This document shows, piece after piece, positions 49,205-60,163 of a stretch of 64,000 bases of DNA. A model generated the notes under the pieces. The model searched no databases, was not told where the DNA came from, and was given only the letters and a program-made list of their open reading frames with translations. Source of the stretch: an uncultured Bacilli bacterium (GTDB lineage: Bacteria > Bacillota_I > Bacilli_A > RF39 > UBA660); contig CANQKX010000001.1 of the NCBI GenBank assembly GCA_947624565.1, positions 44,587-108,586 on the forward strand, given 5' to 3'. The translations under genes were made by a program, and so were the position numbers. Within the stretch, counting starts at the first letter, position 1, and every line of letters starts with the position of its first letter.

Positions 49205-50134
49205 ATGCTTGAAAAATACATTAATAATCAAGAAATAGTAACTAAATTATTAATGCAAAGTTTAAAAGATGCAAAAATTGTACAAGCATATTTATTCTGC
49301 TGTGATGATATAGATTTCATATATAATTATGCAAAAGATTTTACAAAAGATATAATTAGTTTATCTAACTTAGATGAAAAAGTATTAGATAATATATATA
49401 AAAGGATTGATAAAGAAGAATATACAGAACTTAAAATAATTGAACCAGATGGAAATTATATAAAAAAAGAACAATTAGCACAATTACAAAATAGTGTTTT
49501 AAATAAACCAATTGAAGGAAATAAGATTGTGTATATAATAAAAAATTGTGATAAATTAAATATATCATCTGCTAATTCAATATTGAAATTTCTAGAAGAA
49601 CCTGAAGATGATATAATTGCAATATTATTAACAGATAATATAAATATGGTTATTCCTACAATTAAATCAAGATGTCAAATTTTAAATTTTAAAAGTGTAA
49701 AGAATAACTTGCAAGACAATCAAAAATTATATAAATATATATTTGAAAATATAGAGGATTTAGATGAAGAAACTTTAAAAATATTTATAGAAAATTCAAT
49801 AAATGTAATAGAAACAATAGAAAATAAAGGCAAGAATACTTTTATATACTTGAAAAAAATAGTTTTGGACATTTTTAAAACACCAAACGATATATTACAT
49901 CTATTAAATAGCATGATTTATTTTTATACAGATTGTTTGTATTATAAATTAGGAAAAAATATTAATTATTTTCTTAATTATGAAGAAAAAATAGTCGATA
50001 TATCAAATAAAAATGAAGAAAATCAATTAGTAAAGAAAATAAGCATAATAGAAGAAATAAAAAATTATAATAGATCAAATGTAAATAGTAAGTTACTCTT
50101 CGATAAACTAATTATAGAAATGAGTGAGGTATAA
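49205..50134 (+). CDS. holB: DNA polymerase III delta' subunit (HolB)
   Basis: AAA+-like clamp-loader fold (AYLFCCDD, SRCQIL). The start at 49205 follows the RBS AGGTGGTGG. Confidence 0.7.
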   Translation: MLEKYINNQEIVTKLLMQSLKDAKIVQAYLFCCDDIDFIYNYAKDFTKDIISLSNLDEKVLDNIYKRIDKEEYTELKIIEPDGNYIKKEQLAQLQNSVLNKPIEGNKIVYIIKNCDKLNISSANSILKFLEEPEDDIIAILLTDNINMVIPTIKSRCQILNFKSVKNNLQDNQKLYKYIFENIEDLDEETLKIFIENSINVIETIENKGKNTFIYLKKIVLDIFKTPNDILHLLNSMIYFYTDCLYYKLGKNINYFLNYEEKIVDISNKNEENQLVKKISIIEEIKNYNRSNVNSKLLFDKLIIEMSEV

Positions 50135-50135
50135 T

Positions 50136-50933
50136 ATGCAGGAAAAAAAAGTAAATGTAGTTGGGGTAGTATTTAAAAAATACGGTAAAAAATATTATTT
50201 TGATTGTCATGATTTAAAATTAAAGAAAAATATAACTGTTATTGTCGAAACAGAAAGGGGATTACAATTCGGCACAGTTATTACAGACATAATTCAAATG
50301 GATAAAAATAAAATTCATTTTCCTTTAAAAAAAGTAATAAGAATATCTACAAAGAAAGATTATACTAATTATTTAAATAATATAAAAGATGAAAAACAAG
50401 CTTTTGAAAAATGTAACGAACTTATAAAAAAGCATAACTTAGATATGAGATTAGTAGAAGTTAGTTATACGTTTGAAAGAACACAATTATTTTTTACCTT
50501 TATCGCATCAGATAGGGTAGATTTTAGAAATTTAGCTAAAGATTTAGCAAAAATATATAAAACAAGAATAGAACTTAGACAGATTGGTCCAAGAGATAAA
50601 GCAAAAGAAATTGGTGGAGTTGGTCCATGTGGTAGACCTCTTTGTTGCTCATCTTATCTTTATACATTTGATAATATTACAATTAATATGGCAAAAAATC
50701 AAAATATTGCATTAAATCCAACAAAAATAAATGGTGCTTGTAATAGATTATATTGTTGCTTATCATATGAGGATGATACATATACTGAATTAAAAAAAGA
50801 TTTACCATCTATAGGGCAAATAATTAAGCATGATGGTAAAGAAGGAAAAATTATATCAGTAGATGTATTTAAAAAATCATATAAAATTGAAACTGATGAA
50901 AAAGAGATAATAGAAATATATGCAAATAACTAA
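50136..50933 (+). CDS. ricT: PSP1-domain protein RicT/YaaT
   Basis: Conserved Cys clusters GPCGRPLCCSSYL and CNRLYCCLSYE. RBS GAGTGAGGT. Confidence 0.8.
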   Translation: MQEKKVNVVGVVFKKYGKKYYFDCHDLKLKKNITVIVETERGLQFGTVITDIIQMDKNKIHFPLKKVIRISTKKDYTNYLNNIKDEKQAFEKCNELIKKHNLDMRLVEVSYTFERTQLFFTFIASDRVDFRNLAKDLAKIYKTRIELRQIGPRDKAKEIGGVGPCGRPLCCSSYLYTFDNITINMAKNQNIALNPTKINGACNRLYCCLSYEDDTYTELKKDLPSIGQIIKHDGKEGKIISVDVFKKSYKIETDEKEIIEIYANN

Positions 50934-51639
50934 TAGATTATTAAATTTTAAAGATTTAAAAATAGTTCAGAATACAGATTGGTTTAATTTTTCTTTAGAT
51001 TCAGTTTTATTATCAAACTTTGTTACAATAAACAAAAATTGTAATAATATAATAGATTTTTGCACAGGAAATGCACCCATACCTCTTATGTTAAGTACAA
51101 AAACAGATTCTAACATAGTTGGTGTAGAACTGCAAAAAGAGGTATATGAGTTAGCAAAAAAATCAGTGGAAATAAATAATTTACAAAACAGAATAAAAAT
51201 ATTAAATATTGATGTAAAAGATTTACCAAGAAAATATGAAACAGATACTTTCGATTTAATAACATGTAATCCACCTTTTTTCAAAGTAAATAATAATTCA
51301 AAATTAAATAAAAATGATGTGAAGACAATCGCAAGACATGAAATTGAAATTAATCTAGATGAAATTTTTCAAGTTGCTAGAAAAATACTTAAAAATAATG
51401 GATTAATATCTATTGTACATAGACCAGATCGTTTAACAGAAATATTTGAAATAATGAAAAAAAATAATATTGAACCTAAAAAAATTCAGTTCGTTTATCC
51501 AAAATATGATAGTGAATGTAATATGATTTTAATTGAAGGTAGCAAAAATGGGAAACCAGGATTAAAAATACTCCCACCATTATATGTTCATGATGAAAAT
51601 GGTAAATATTTAGAAAAAATAGAAGCAATGTTTCAGTAG
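50920..51639 (+). CDS. SAM-dependent methyltransferase, YabB/TrmN6-like (tRNA m6A37)
   Basis: N6-adenine MTase motif LITCNPPFF. Position after yaaT as yabB is in B. subtilis. Confidence 0.6.
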   Translation: MQITNRLLNFKDLKIVQNTDWFNFSLDSVLLSNFVTINKNCNNIIDFCTGNAPIPLMLSTKTDSNIVGVELQKEVYELAKKSVEINNLQNRIKILNIDVKDLPRKYETDTFDLITCNPPFFKVNNNSKLNKNDVKTIARHEIEINLDEIFQVARKILKNNGLISIVHRPDRLTEIFEIMKKNNIEPKKIQFVYPKYDSECNMILIEGSKNGKPGLKILPPLYVHDENGKYLEKIEAMFQ

Positions 51640-51647
51640 GTGATAAT

Positions 51648-52490
51648 ATGAGTCAAAAAAGTTATGATAATAGTCCTAGTTTATATTTAATACCAACACC
51701 AATTGGTAATATGGAGGATATTACAATTAGATCAATCAATACATTAAAACAAGTAGATGTAATTTTTTCTGAAGATACAAGAGAAACAATGAAACTACTT
51801 AATTATTTTAATATAAATAAAAAACTAATTTCTTGTCATAAATTTAATGAGGATAATGCGTATTTAAAAGTTTTACAATATTTAGAAGATGGTAAAAATG
51901 TAGGTTTAGTCACTGATAGAGGTACACCTGCCATTAGTGATCCAGGATATGTGTGTGCGTATAATGCTATTAAGAATAATTATAATGTTATATCTCTTCC
52001 AGGTCCAACCGCTTTCGTTCCTGCTTTAATTACATCTGGAATAAATCCAAATCAGTTTTTATTTTATGGTTTTTTAAATAGCAAAAAATCATCAAAAAAG
52101 AAAGAATTAGAAGATTTAAAAAAAAATAAATATACTATGATTTTTTATGAATCTCCATTTAGAATAAGAGAAACACTTGAAATTATGCAAAGTATATTTG
52201 GTGATAGAAATATAAGTATATCACGAGAAATAAGTAAAAAATATGAAGAAATATATAGAGATTTAATCAGTAATGTATTAAAAGAGTTACTTGATCCTAA
52301 AGGAGAATTTGTAATAATAGTTGAAGGAAATAAAGAAGAGGAAAAATATGATGAAATTGATTTAATTGATCATGTTAAATTACTAATAAGCGAAGGAGTT
52401 TTAGAAAAGGATGCAATAAAAAAAGTTGCAAAGTTACATAATGTAGAAAAAAATAAAGTTTATATGGAATATCATGGAGGAAAAAAATGA
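51648..52490 (+). CDS. rsmI: 16S rRNA (cytidine1402-2'-O)-methyltransferase RsmI
   Basis: LYLIPTPIGNMEDITIRSINTLKQVDVIFSEDTR, the tetrapyrrole-methylase-fold RsmI N-terminus. Confidence 0.85.
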   Translation: MSQKSYDNSPSLYLIPTPIGNMEDITIRSINTLKQVDVIFSEDTRETMKLLNYFNINKKLISCHKFNEDNAYLKVLQYLEDGKNVGLVTDRGTPAISDPGYVCAYNAIKNNYNVISLPGPTAFVPALITSGINPNQFLFYGFLNSKKSSKKKELEDLKKNKYTMIFYESPFRIRETLEIMQSIFGDRNISISREISKKYEEIYRDLISNVLKELLDPKGEFVIIVEGNKEEEKYDEIDLIDHVKLLISEGVLEKDAIKKVAKLHNVEKNKVYMEYHGGKK

Positions 52491-53041
52491 AATTAATTGT
52501 GGGTTTAGGTAATCCAGGTAAAGAATATGAAAATACAAGACATAATGTAGGATTTGATATAATAGACAAATATGTATTAATTAAAAATATTGAAAAAAGT
52601 AAATCGAAATTTAATGGCATATACTATGAAACAACAATAAAAAATGAAAAAGTAATATTATTAAAACCACAAAAATATATGAATTTATCTGGTGAGGTTG
52701 TTAAAAAATTTGTAGATTATTTTAAAATAAAAATAGAAGATATTTTAATAATACATGATGATTTAGATCAAGATATTGGTAAAATAAAATTAAAACAAAA
52801 TAGTTCATCCGGTGGTCATAATGGAATTAAAAATATAGAATTAAATTTAAATACAAAAGATTATAAAAGATTAAAAATTGGTATTTCAAATAATAAAATG
52901 ATAGATACAAAAGATTTTGTATTAGGTAAATTTAGTAATGAAGAAAGAAAAATAATAGACAAATCAATAGATATATGTTTAAATATAATCGATGATTTTT
53001 TTGAGTTAGATTTTAATAAACTAATGAATAAATATAATTAA
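52487..53041 (+). CDS. pth: peptidyl-tRNA hydrolase
   Basis: MKLIVGLGNPGKEYENTRHNVGF. Confidence 0.9.
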   Translation: MKLIVGLGNPGKEYENTRHNVGFDIIDKYVLIKNIEKSKSKFNGIYYETTIKNEKVILLKPQKYMNLSGEVVKKFVDYFKIKIEDILIIHDDLDQDIGKIKLKQNSSSGGHNGIKNIELNLNTKDYKRLKIGISNNKMIDTKDFVLGKFSNEERKIIDKSIDICLNIIDDFFELDFNKLMNKYN

Positions 53042-53068
53042 ATTAATAATTTTAGATAGGTGAATATC

Positions 53069-56000
53069 ATGAAATTAGTAAATAATTTAATAGACATTGA
53101 TGAAATAAATAATATAAGTGTATCTGGATTAACAAATCAGTTAATCTCTTTTTGCGTTGACAATATATATAATAAACACAAAAAAGATATATTAATAGTA
53201 ACAAATTCATTATATGAAGCAAATATATATTATTCATCATTATCAAAAATAAATAAAAATGTTTACTTATTTCCTATGGATGATTTTTTGACTAGTGAGT
53301 CAATTGCAATATCTCCAGAGTTAAAATCAATAAGAATTAATACTTTGAATAACATATCAAAAAATGATAATAATATTGTAATAACAAATCTTATGGGATT
53401 TTTAAGATATTTACCATCTAAAAAACTATGGAATGAAAGTAATATAAAATTAAGTAAAAATCAAGATATAAATAAAGAACTATTATATAAAAAATTAGTA
53501 TCAATTGGATATGAAAATGATGTATTAGTTAATAAAACAGGAGAAGTTGCAAATAGAGGATATATAATAGATATTTTTCCTAGTAATACAGAAAATCCTA
53601 TAAGAATAGAATTTTGGGGAGATACCATAGAATCTATTAGATCTTTTGATATAGAAACACAAAGATCGTTAAGTGAACTTGATACAATAGAAATTACACC
53701 TTTTTCAGAATTCATAAATGAAAAACAAATACAAGAAGTCCCAGATAAACAAAAGTATTTACCTGTTGTTACAGACCAAATACAATCAATAATAAACTAT
53801 TTAACAAATCCAATTTTAATATATAAAGATTATAACCAAATAAAAAATGCATATTTAAACTTAAACGAAGAAATATTAAATTATAGTCAAACAAAAGAAG
53901 AAATGTATGAAACAACATATATGCATAATTTTTATGATATTAAGTGCAATAATATCATATATTTACAGACAATAGATAATATAATAGATAATTTAAAAGT
54001 AAAAAAACAATATAATTTTACATCACGATTACCAGATAAGTTTAATTCTAATTTTAAATATCTAAATGAGTATTTAGAAAAAAGTTTATATAATAAAAAG
54101 CAAGTCATAATATGCTTAAGTGATGATTCAAAAATAAAAAATATAATAAAATATTTAAATGTTCCGTATATAAAAACAAATGTTGAAAATTTAACAGATA
54201 ATAAAATAAATATTATTAAAGAAGACATTGATGAAGGATTTGAAATAGATAAATATATTGTATTATGTGAAAATGAATTATATAAAACAAAAAATAAAGA
54301 TATAAATTATAAAAATAAATTTAAGTATGGAACAAAAATAAATTCAATAGAAAATTTAAAAATAGGTGATTATGTTGTTCATACTAATCATGGTATTGGT
54401 ATATATACAGGAATTAAAACTTTAGAAAAAAACGGAAATAAAAAGGATTATTTAGAAGTTGTATACAAAGATAATGATAAATTATATATTCCTGTTGAAA
54501 AAATACAATTAATAAGTAAGTATTCTTCAAATGAATCAATAGTACCAAAAATAAATAAATTAGGTTCAACAGATTGGCAAAAAACAAAAATAAGAATAAG
54601 AAATAATGTAAAAGATATAGCAGATAAACTTTTAAAAGTTCAAGCAGAAAGACAAATGAAAAAAGGTTTTGCATTTAAAAGAGATGAAGAAGAAGAAAAA
54701 TTATTTGCTGATGAATTTAAATATGAACCTACAGTTGATCAATTCATTGCAATAGATAAAATAAACCAGTCAATGGAAAAAGAAAATCCTATGGATATGC
54801 TTTTATGTGGTGATGTTGGTTATGGAAAAACAGAAGTAGCGTTTAGAGCAATGTTTAAAGCGGTAAATAATGGAAAACAAGTTGCTTATTTATGTCCTAC
54901 TACTATACTATCATCTCAGCAATATAAAAGTGCAGTTGAAAGATTTAGTAACTTTGGTGTATCAATTGCTCTTTTAAATAGATTTACAACATCTAAAGAG
55001 TATAGAGAAATAAAAGAAAAATTAATTCAAGGTAAAATAGATATAATATTTGGAACACACAGATTATTAAATAGTGAAATCAAATTTAAAGATTTAGGAT
55101 TACTAATAATTGATGAAGAACAAAGATTTGGAGTAACTCATAAAGAAAAAATAAAAGAATATAAAAGTACAGTTGACGTATTAACATTAAGCGCAACACC
55201 AATACCAAGAACACTTCAAATGTCACTTGTTGGAATTAGAGAACTTGCTTTAATTGAAACACCACCTATAAATAGATATCCAGTTCAGACATATGTAATT
55301 GAAGAAAGTCCTCAAATTATTAGAGAAGCAATATATAAAGAAATGTCTAGAAACGGACAAGTATTTATATTGTTTAATAGTGTAGAACATATAGAAGAAA
55401 AGTTATTTGAAATAAAAAAGATAGTCCCAGAAGCAAATATAAGAGTTGCACATGGTAAAATGAATAAAAATGAAATAGAAGATACAATGGTAAGTTTTAT
55501 AAACAATGAATTTGATATATTATTATGTACAACGATTATAGAAACAGGTATTGATATTCCAAATGTAAATACATTAATAATATATGATGCAGATAGATTT
55601 GGACTTAGTCAGTTATATCAAATAAGAGGAAGAGTAGGAAGAAGTAATAAAATAGCATATGCTTACTTAATGTATGCGTCTAATAAAACTTTAAATGAAT
55701 TAGCAGTAAAAAGATTAAATGTTATTAAAGAATTTACTAATTTAGGTAGTGGATTTCAAATTGCAATGAGGGATTTATCAATAAGAGGTGCTGGAGATAT
55801 TTTAGGTAGTAAACAGGCTGGGTTTATTGATACAGTAGGATATGAACTATATGTAAAAATATTAAATGAAGAAGTTAATAAACTAAAAGGTATAAAAATT
55901 CAAGAAGAAATAAAAGAAGAGGAAAAACCTTTAATAGAAGTAGAAAATCATATTAAAGATGAATATGTAAAAGATGAAGAATTAAAAATAGAGTTACATA

Positions 56001-56374
56001 AAAAAATAAGTGATATAGATAGTATAGAAAAATTGAAAAATGTACAAAATGAAATAGAAGATAGATTTGGAAAAATGGATGAAAAATTAATTATATATAT
56101 GTATAGTAAATTATTTGAAAATAGAGCAAGAAAATTAAATATAATTAATATAAAACAAACGAATCTATATGTTCAAATAATTTTAACAAAAGAAGAAGTT
56201 AGTAAAATGAACATAGATAAGTTATTTATGAATGTAAGTTTGATAAGTACTAATTTTAAATTTGAATTTAAAAATGATAGAATATATATAAAATTATTAT
56301 TTCATAATTTAGAAAAACATTTTATTTATTATTTGAATCAATTATTAGATGAAATAGAAAATATATTAGTATAA
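53069..56374 (+). CDS. mfd: transcription-repair coupling factor Mfd
   Basis: UvrB-homology N-domain, superfamily-2 helicase motifs (GDVGYGKTEVA, DEEQRFG) and a TRG motif. The start at 53069 follows the RBS AGGTGA. Confidence 0.9.
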   Translation: MKLVNNLIDIDEINNISVSGLTNQLISFCVDNIYNKHKKDILIVTNSLYEANIYYSSLSKINKNVYLFPMDDFLTSESIAISPELKSIRINTLNNISKNDNNIVITNLMGFLRYLPSKKLWNESNIKLSKNQDINKELLYKKLVSIGYENDVLVNKTGEVANRGYIIDIFPSNTENPIRIEFWGDTIESIRSFDIETQRSLSELDTIEITPFSEFINEKQIQEVPDKQKYLPVVTDQIQSIINYLTNPILIYKDYNQIKNAYLNLNEEILNYSQTKEEMYETTYMHNFYDIKCNNIIYLQTIDNIIDNLKVKKQYNFTSRLPDKFNSNFKYLNEYLEKSLYNKKQVIICLSDDSKIKNIIKYLNVPYIKTNVENLTDNKINIIKEDIDEGFEIDKYIVLCENELYKTKNKDINYKNKFKYGTKINSIENLKIGDYVVHTNHGIGIYTGIKTLEKNGNKKDYLEVVYKDNDKLYIPVEKIQLISKYSSNESIVPKINKLGSTDWQKTKIRIRNNVKDIADKLLKVQAERQMKKGFAFKRDEEEEKLFADEFKYEPTVDQFIAIDKINQSMEKENPMDMLLCGDVGYGKTEVAFRAMFKAVNNGKQVAYLCPTTILSSQQYKSAVERFSNFGVSIALLNRFTTSKEYREIKEKLIQGKIDIIFGTHRLLNSEIKFKDLGLLIIDEEQRFGVTHKEKIKEYKSTVDVLTLSATPIPRTLQMSLVGIRELALIETPPINRYPVQTYVIEESPQIIREAIYKEMSRNGQVFILFNSVEHIEEKLFEIKKIVPEANIRVAHGKMNKNEIEDTMVSFINNEFDILLCTTIIETGIDIPNVNTLIIYDADRFGLSQLYQIRGRVGRSNKIAYAYLMYASNKTLNELAVKRLNVIKEFTNLGSGFQIAMRDLSIRGAGDILGSKQAGFIDTVGYELYVKILNEEVNKLKGIKIQEEIKEEEKPLIEVENHIKDEYVKDEELKIELHKKISDIDSIEKLKNVQNEIEDRFGKMDEKLIIYMYSKLFENRARKLNIINIKQTNLYVQIILTKEEVSKMNIDKLFMNVSLISTNFKFEFKNDRIYIKLLFHNLEKHFIYYLNQLLDEIENILV

Positions 56375-56418
56375 ATATTCCAAGTTTTCCCAAAATATAA
56401 TTGTAGGGAGGAAAACTT

Positions 56419-56943
56419 ATGAAATCAACAGGAATAACTAGAAGAATAGATGATTTAGGAAGAATCGTAATTCCAAAAGAAATAAGAAAAAATTTAAAGA
56501 TAAAAGAAAATGAAATACTAGAAATATTTATTGATAATGAAGAGATAATTTTAAAGAAATTTTCTTCATTTAGTGATATGGAAAAAATATTATTTAATTT
56601 TGCAGAAACTTTATACAAAATGACAGGTAATAATATATTTATAACTGATAGAGATAAAATAATCGCATGTAATGAAAGTAAAAAAGTTAATTATTTAAAT
56701 AAACAAATTGGTGAAACTATTAATTATGTAATAGAAAGTAGAATGCCTATTATATCTAATGATTTAGATAAACTAGAATTAAAAGAATCAGAAGAATTAA
56801 ATATAAATTATTATATTGTTCCAATAATTACTAATAGTGACATACTTGGAGTAGTTATAATAACTTCTAATAATAAAATAGATGAAGAAGATAAATTATC
56901 CATTAACATAGTATCAAAATTAATATCTAATTATATTGAATAA
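56419..56943 (+). CDS. spoVT: stage V sporulation protein T (AbrB-N + GAF-like domain)
   Basis: AbrB/MazE swapped-hairpin N-terminus MKSTGITRRIDDLGRIVIPKEIRKNL and a GAF-like C-domain. Follows mfd as in Bacillus. Confidence 0.8.
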   Translation: MKSTGITRRIDDLGRIVIPKEIRKNLKIKENEILEIFIDNEEIILKKFSSFSDMEKILFNFAETLYKMTGNNIFITDRDKIIACNESKKVNYLNKQIGETINYVIESRMPIISNDLDKLELKESEELNINYYIVPIITNSDILGVVIITSNNKIDEEDKLSINIVSKLISNYIE

Positions 56944-57009
56944 CACTAGAAAAAGATTCTAATATGCTATATAATATAGTTATAATTAGAATTTTTTTTG
57001 GAGGTAATT

Positions 57010-57477
57010 ATGGAAAAAATTAGAGGATTTGAAATTGCAAAAGGATTTGAGGATAAAGAAATTGAATTACCAATTAGAAAAACTTCAAGATCAGCAGCAT
57101 ATGATTTACAAGCAGCAGAAGATACAGTTATACCATCTTTTAAATTAGGTCAAAAACCAACATTAATTCCAACTGGATTAAAAGCATATATGCAAAATGA
57201 TGAAGTATTAATGCTATTTCCAAGAAGTTCTGCACCTAAAAAACAAGGAATAATGTTTCCACATAGTGCTGGAATAATAGATGCAGATTATTATGGAAAT
57301 GTAGATAATGATGGTCATATAATGATACAATGTATAAATATAAAAGATGAAGATGTAACAATAAAAAAAGGAGAAGCAGTTGCTCAAGCAATGTTTCAAA
57401 AATTTTTAACAGTTGATAATGACAATGCACAAGGTGAAAGAAAAGGTGGATTTGGTTCCACAGAAAAGGGTGAATAA
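57010..57477 (+). CDS. dut: dUTP diphosphatase (trimeric dUTPase, YncF/YosS-like)
   Basis: LQAAEDTVIP, FPRSS, GIIDADYYGNVDNDG and C-terminal ERKGGFGSTE match dUTPase motifs I-V. The start at 57010 follows GGAGG. Confidence 0.75.
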   Translation: MEKIRGFEIAKGFEDKEIELPIRKTSRSAAYDLQAAEDTVIPSFKLGQKPTLIPTGLKAYMQNDEVLMLFPRSSAPKKQGIMFPHSAGIIDADYYGNVDNDGHIMIQCINIKDEDVTIKKGEAVAQAMFQKFLTVDNDNAQGERKGGFGSTEKGE

Positions 57478-57479
57478 TT

Positions 57480-59057
57480 TTGAAAAAAACATTTTATATA
57501 ACAACACCAATATATTATCCAAGTGGTAAATTTCATATTGGTACAGCATATACAACAATATTAGTTGATTCATTAAAAAGATATAAAACACTAAGAGGTT
57601 ATGATGCATATATGTTAACTGGTACTGATGAACATGGCCAAAAAATAGAAAATGTTGCTAAAGAAAATAATGAATCACCTAAGCAATATGTAGATAAAAT
57701 TGCAAAACAAGCAAAAGAATTATGGAAAAAATTAGAAATTGAATATGATGATTATATTCAAACAACAGAAGAAAGACATGAAAAAGTAGTTCAAAAAATA
57801 TTTGAAAAATTCCTAAAACAAGGAGATATATATAAGGGAGAATATGAAGGATGGTATTGTGAACCATGTGAATCATATTTTACTGAAACACAGTTAATTG
57901 ATAATAAATGTCCAGATTGTGGACGAGAAGTTAAAAAAATGAAAGAAGAATCATATTTCTTTAATATGAATAAATATATAGATAGATTATTAAAGTATTA
58001 TGATGAACATCCTAATTTTATAAAACCGGATTATAGAAAAGAAGAAATGATTAATAATTTTATAAAACCAGGGTTAGAGGATTTATGTGTTACAAGAACA
58101 TCATTTGATTGGGGTATAAAAGTATTATCAGATCCAAAACATGTAATTTATGTATGGCTAGATGCTTTAGCAAATTATATAACTGCTTTAGGATATATGT
58201 CAGAAGATGATAGTTTATTTAAAAAATATTGGCCTGCAAATGTTCATGTAGTTGCTAAGGATATTGCAAGATTTCATTTGATTTATTGGCCTATATTCTT
58301 AATGGCTCTTGATTTACCACTTCCTGAAACAATATATGTTCATAATTTCATAATGATGAAAGATGGAAAAATGAGTAAATCAAAAGGTAATGTTATTTAT
58401 CCAGAAATATTAGTAGATAGATATGGACTTGATGCTATTAAGTATGCATTGCTTAGAGAAATGCCATATTCTCAAGATGGAGTTTTTTCTCCAGAATCAT
58501 TTATTGAAAGATATAATTTTGATTTATGTAATGATTTAAGTAATTTGCTTAATAGAACTATATCAATGGTAAATAAATATTTAAATGGTAATATAGAAAA
58601 GTATACAGGATTTGTTAATAATTATGATGAAGAAGTAGAAAAATTTTGTTTAGAACAAATAAATTTATTTGAAAAAAAAATAGATAATTTTGAAATTGCA
58701 AATGCTTTAAAAGAAATATGGTCTATAGTTTCAAGAACAAATAAATATATAGATGAAACATCTCCATGGGTTTTATCTAAAAATGGTCAAGAAGATGAAT
58801 TAAAGTCTGTAATGTATCATTTAGTTGAAAATCTAAGAAAAATTGCAATATTAATTTATCCATTTATGAAAGATACTTCAATAAATATAATGAATCAAAT
58901 TGGAATAACAGATGAAAAATTAAAATCATGGGATAGTTTATATAAATATGATCTACTTAACAATATAAAAGTAATAGAAAAAGGTGAACCTATATTTATG
59001 AGACTTGATTATGATAAAGAAGTTGAATACATTAAAAATGCAATGAAAAATAATTAA
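57480..59057 (+). CDS. metG: methionine--tRNA ligase (short form without C-terminal tRNA-binding domain)
   Basis: Conserved N-terminus KKTFYITTPIYYPSGKFHIG, Zn knuckle CEPCESY...CPDCG and KMSKS. Uses a TTG start 3 nt after the dut stop. Confidence 0.9.
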   Translation: MKKTFYITTPIYYPSGKFHIGTAYTTILVDSLKRYKTLRGYDAYMLTGTDEHGQKIENVAKENNESPKQYVDKIAKQAKELWKKLEIEYDDYIQTTEERHEKVVQKIFEKFLKQGDIYKGEYEGWYCEPCESYFTETQLIDNKCPDCGREVKKMKEESYFFNMNKYIDRLLKYYDEHPNFIKPDYRKEEMINNFIKPGLEDLCVTRTSFDWGIKVLSDPKHVIYVWLDALANYITALGYMSEDDSLFKKYWPANVHVVAKDIARFHLIYWPIFLMALDLPLPETIYVHNFIMMKDGKMSKSKGNVIYPEILVDRYGLDAIKYALLREMPYSQDGVFSPESFIERYNFDLCNDLSNLLNRTISMVNKYLNGNIEKYTGFVNNYDEEVEKFCLEQINLFEKKIDNFEIANALKEIWSIVSRTNKYIDETSPWVLSKNGQEDELKSVMYHLVENLRKIAILIYPFMKDTSINIMNQIGITDEKLKSWDSLYKYDLLNNIKVIEKGEPIFMRLDYDKEVEYIKNAMKNN

Positions 59058-59109
59058 TTTAAAGATTATATCAAATATGGTATAATCTTTTTAGGTATAG
59101 GAGTTTTAT

Positions 59110-60159
59110 ATGACAAAAGAAGATTACAAAAAGTTAAACGAATATTTAAATGAAATTTTTTTATATCTTTCCAAAAATGATTCTTTTTTTCTTAATAATA
59201 TGCAATATTTTGCGGTTATGAGTGAAAAATATTTGAATTTTATATCTAAATATGATTTAAAATTAAAAAAAATACCAGATTGTTTAACTTTTATTGAAAT
59301 ATATGATATAACAAGAGAAATAATAAAAAGTATAAATGATGAATATTTAAAAGAATATGATAAAATTCTAGATAATGGTGTATTAGGTTTTGATTATTCA
59401 ACTCTAGAGGGTGATTTTAAAACAGATTTAAGCGCTTTTAATAGTGTAAATGGCAATAAAGAAATAATTTTGAGAACCAATTTTAACTATGAGTCGGTTA
59501 CTACATTAGTTCATGAATTTATGCATTATATAAATGATTGTGATACAATAAATAGATATCTTTTGACAGAGTTTATCTCAATTAGTTGTGAAGAGTATGC
59601 AAGAAGATATCTAGTAAATAAAGGAATAAATAAGGAATTATTGCAATATGATGATAGACTTATTGAAGCAAAAAAAATAGCACGAGAAATTAATTTTTAT
59701 ATTAAATATTTAATTTTATTTGATAAATTTGGACCATTAGATGAAAATGGTTATATATTTATAAATGAAAATGTATGTCCTATTAGCAGGGAAACATATG
59801 AATCAGATTGTCTATTTATACTAGATATATTAAGAAAAAAAGAAGATAAGTATAAATACAATATAAAATATAATATTCAAAATCAAGGTAGTTTAGATGA
59901 AATATTGTCTCATGAAATATCTTATGGGTATAGATATTTTTTTGGAGATTTATTAAGTTTTTATTGTCTAGAATTTAATGATATTAAAGATATAGTAAAT
60001 TTATGTGATTATTTGGATAAAAATTATAATATAGTAGATTTACTAAAACAATGTAAAATTTATATTGAGGATGAAGATTTTTATCAGAAAATTAATAAAA
60101 GCATTGAAGGTCATATAAATTTTTATAGTGGGGAAGCAAAAAATTTAAAAAGCAGGTGA
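59110..60159 (+). CDS. hypothetical cytoplasmic protein with an HExxH zinc-metallopeptidase-like motif
   Basis: 349 aa, no TM; TLVHEFMHYINDCD is the only recognisable motif; M3-like at best. Confidence 0.35.
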   Translation: MTKEDYKKLNEYLNEIFLYLSKNDSFFLNNMQYFAVMSEKYLNFISKYDLKLKKIPDCLTFIEIYDITREIIKSINDEYLKEYDKILDNGVLGFDYSTLEGDFKTDLSAFNSVNGNKEIILRTNFNYESVTTLVHEFMHYINDCDTINRYLLTEFISISCEEYARRYLVNKGINKELLQYDDRLIEAKKIAREINFYIKYLILFDKFGPLDENGYIFINENVCPISRETYESDCLFILDILRKKEDKYKYNIKYNIQNQGSLDEILSHEISYGYRYFFGDLLSFYCLEFNDIKDIVNLCDYLDKNYNIVDLLKQCKIYIEDEDFYQKINKSIEGHINFYSGEAKNLKSR

Positions 60160-60163
60160 TTTT

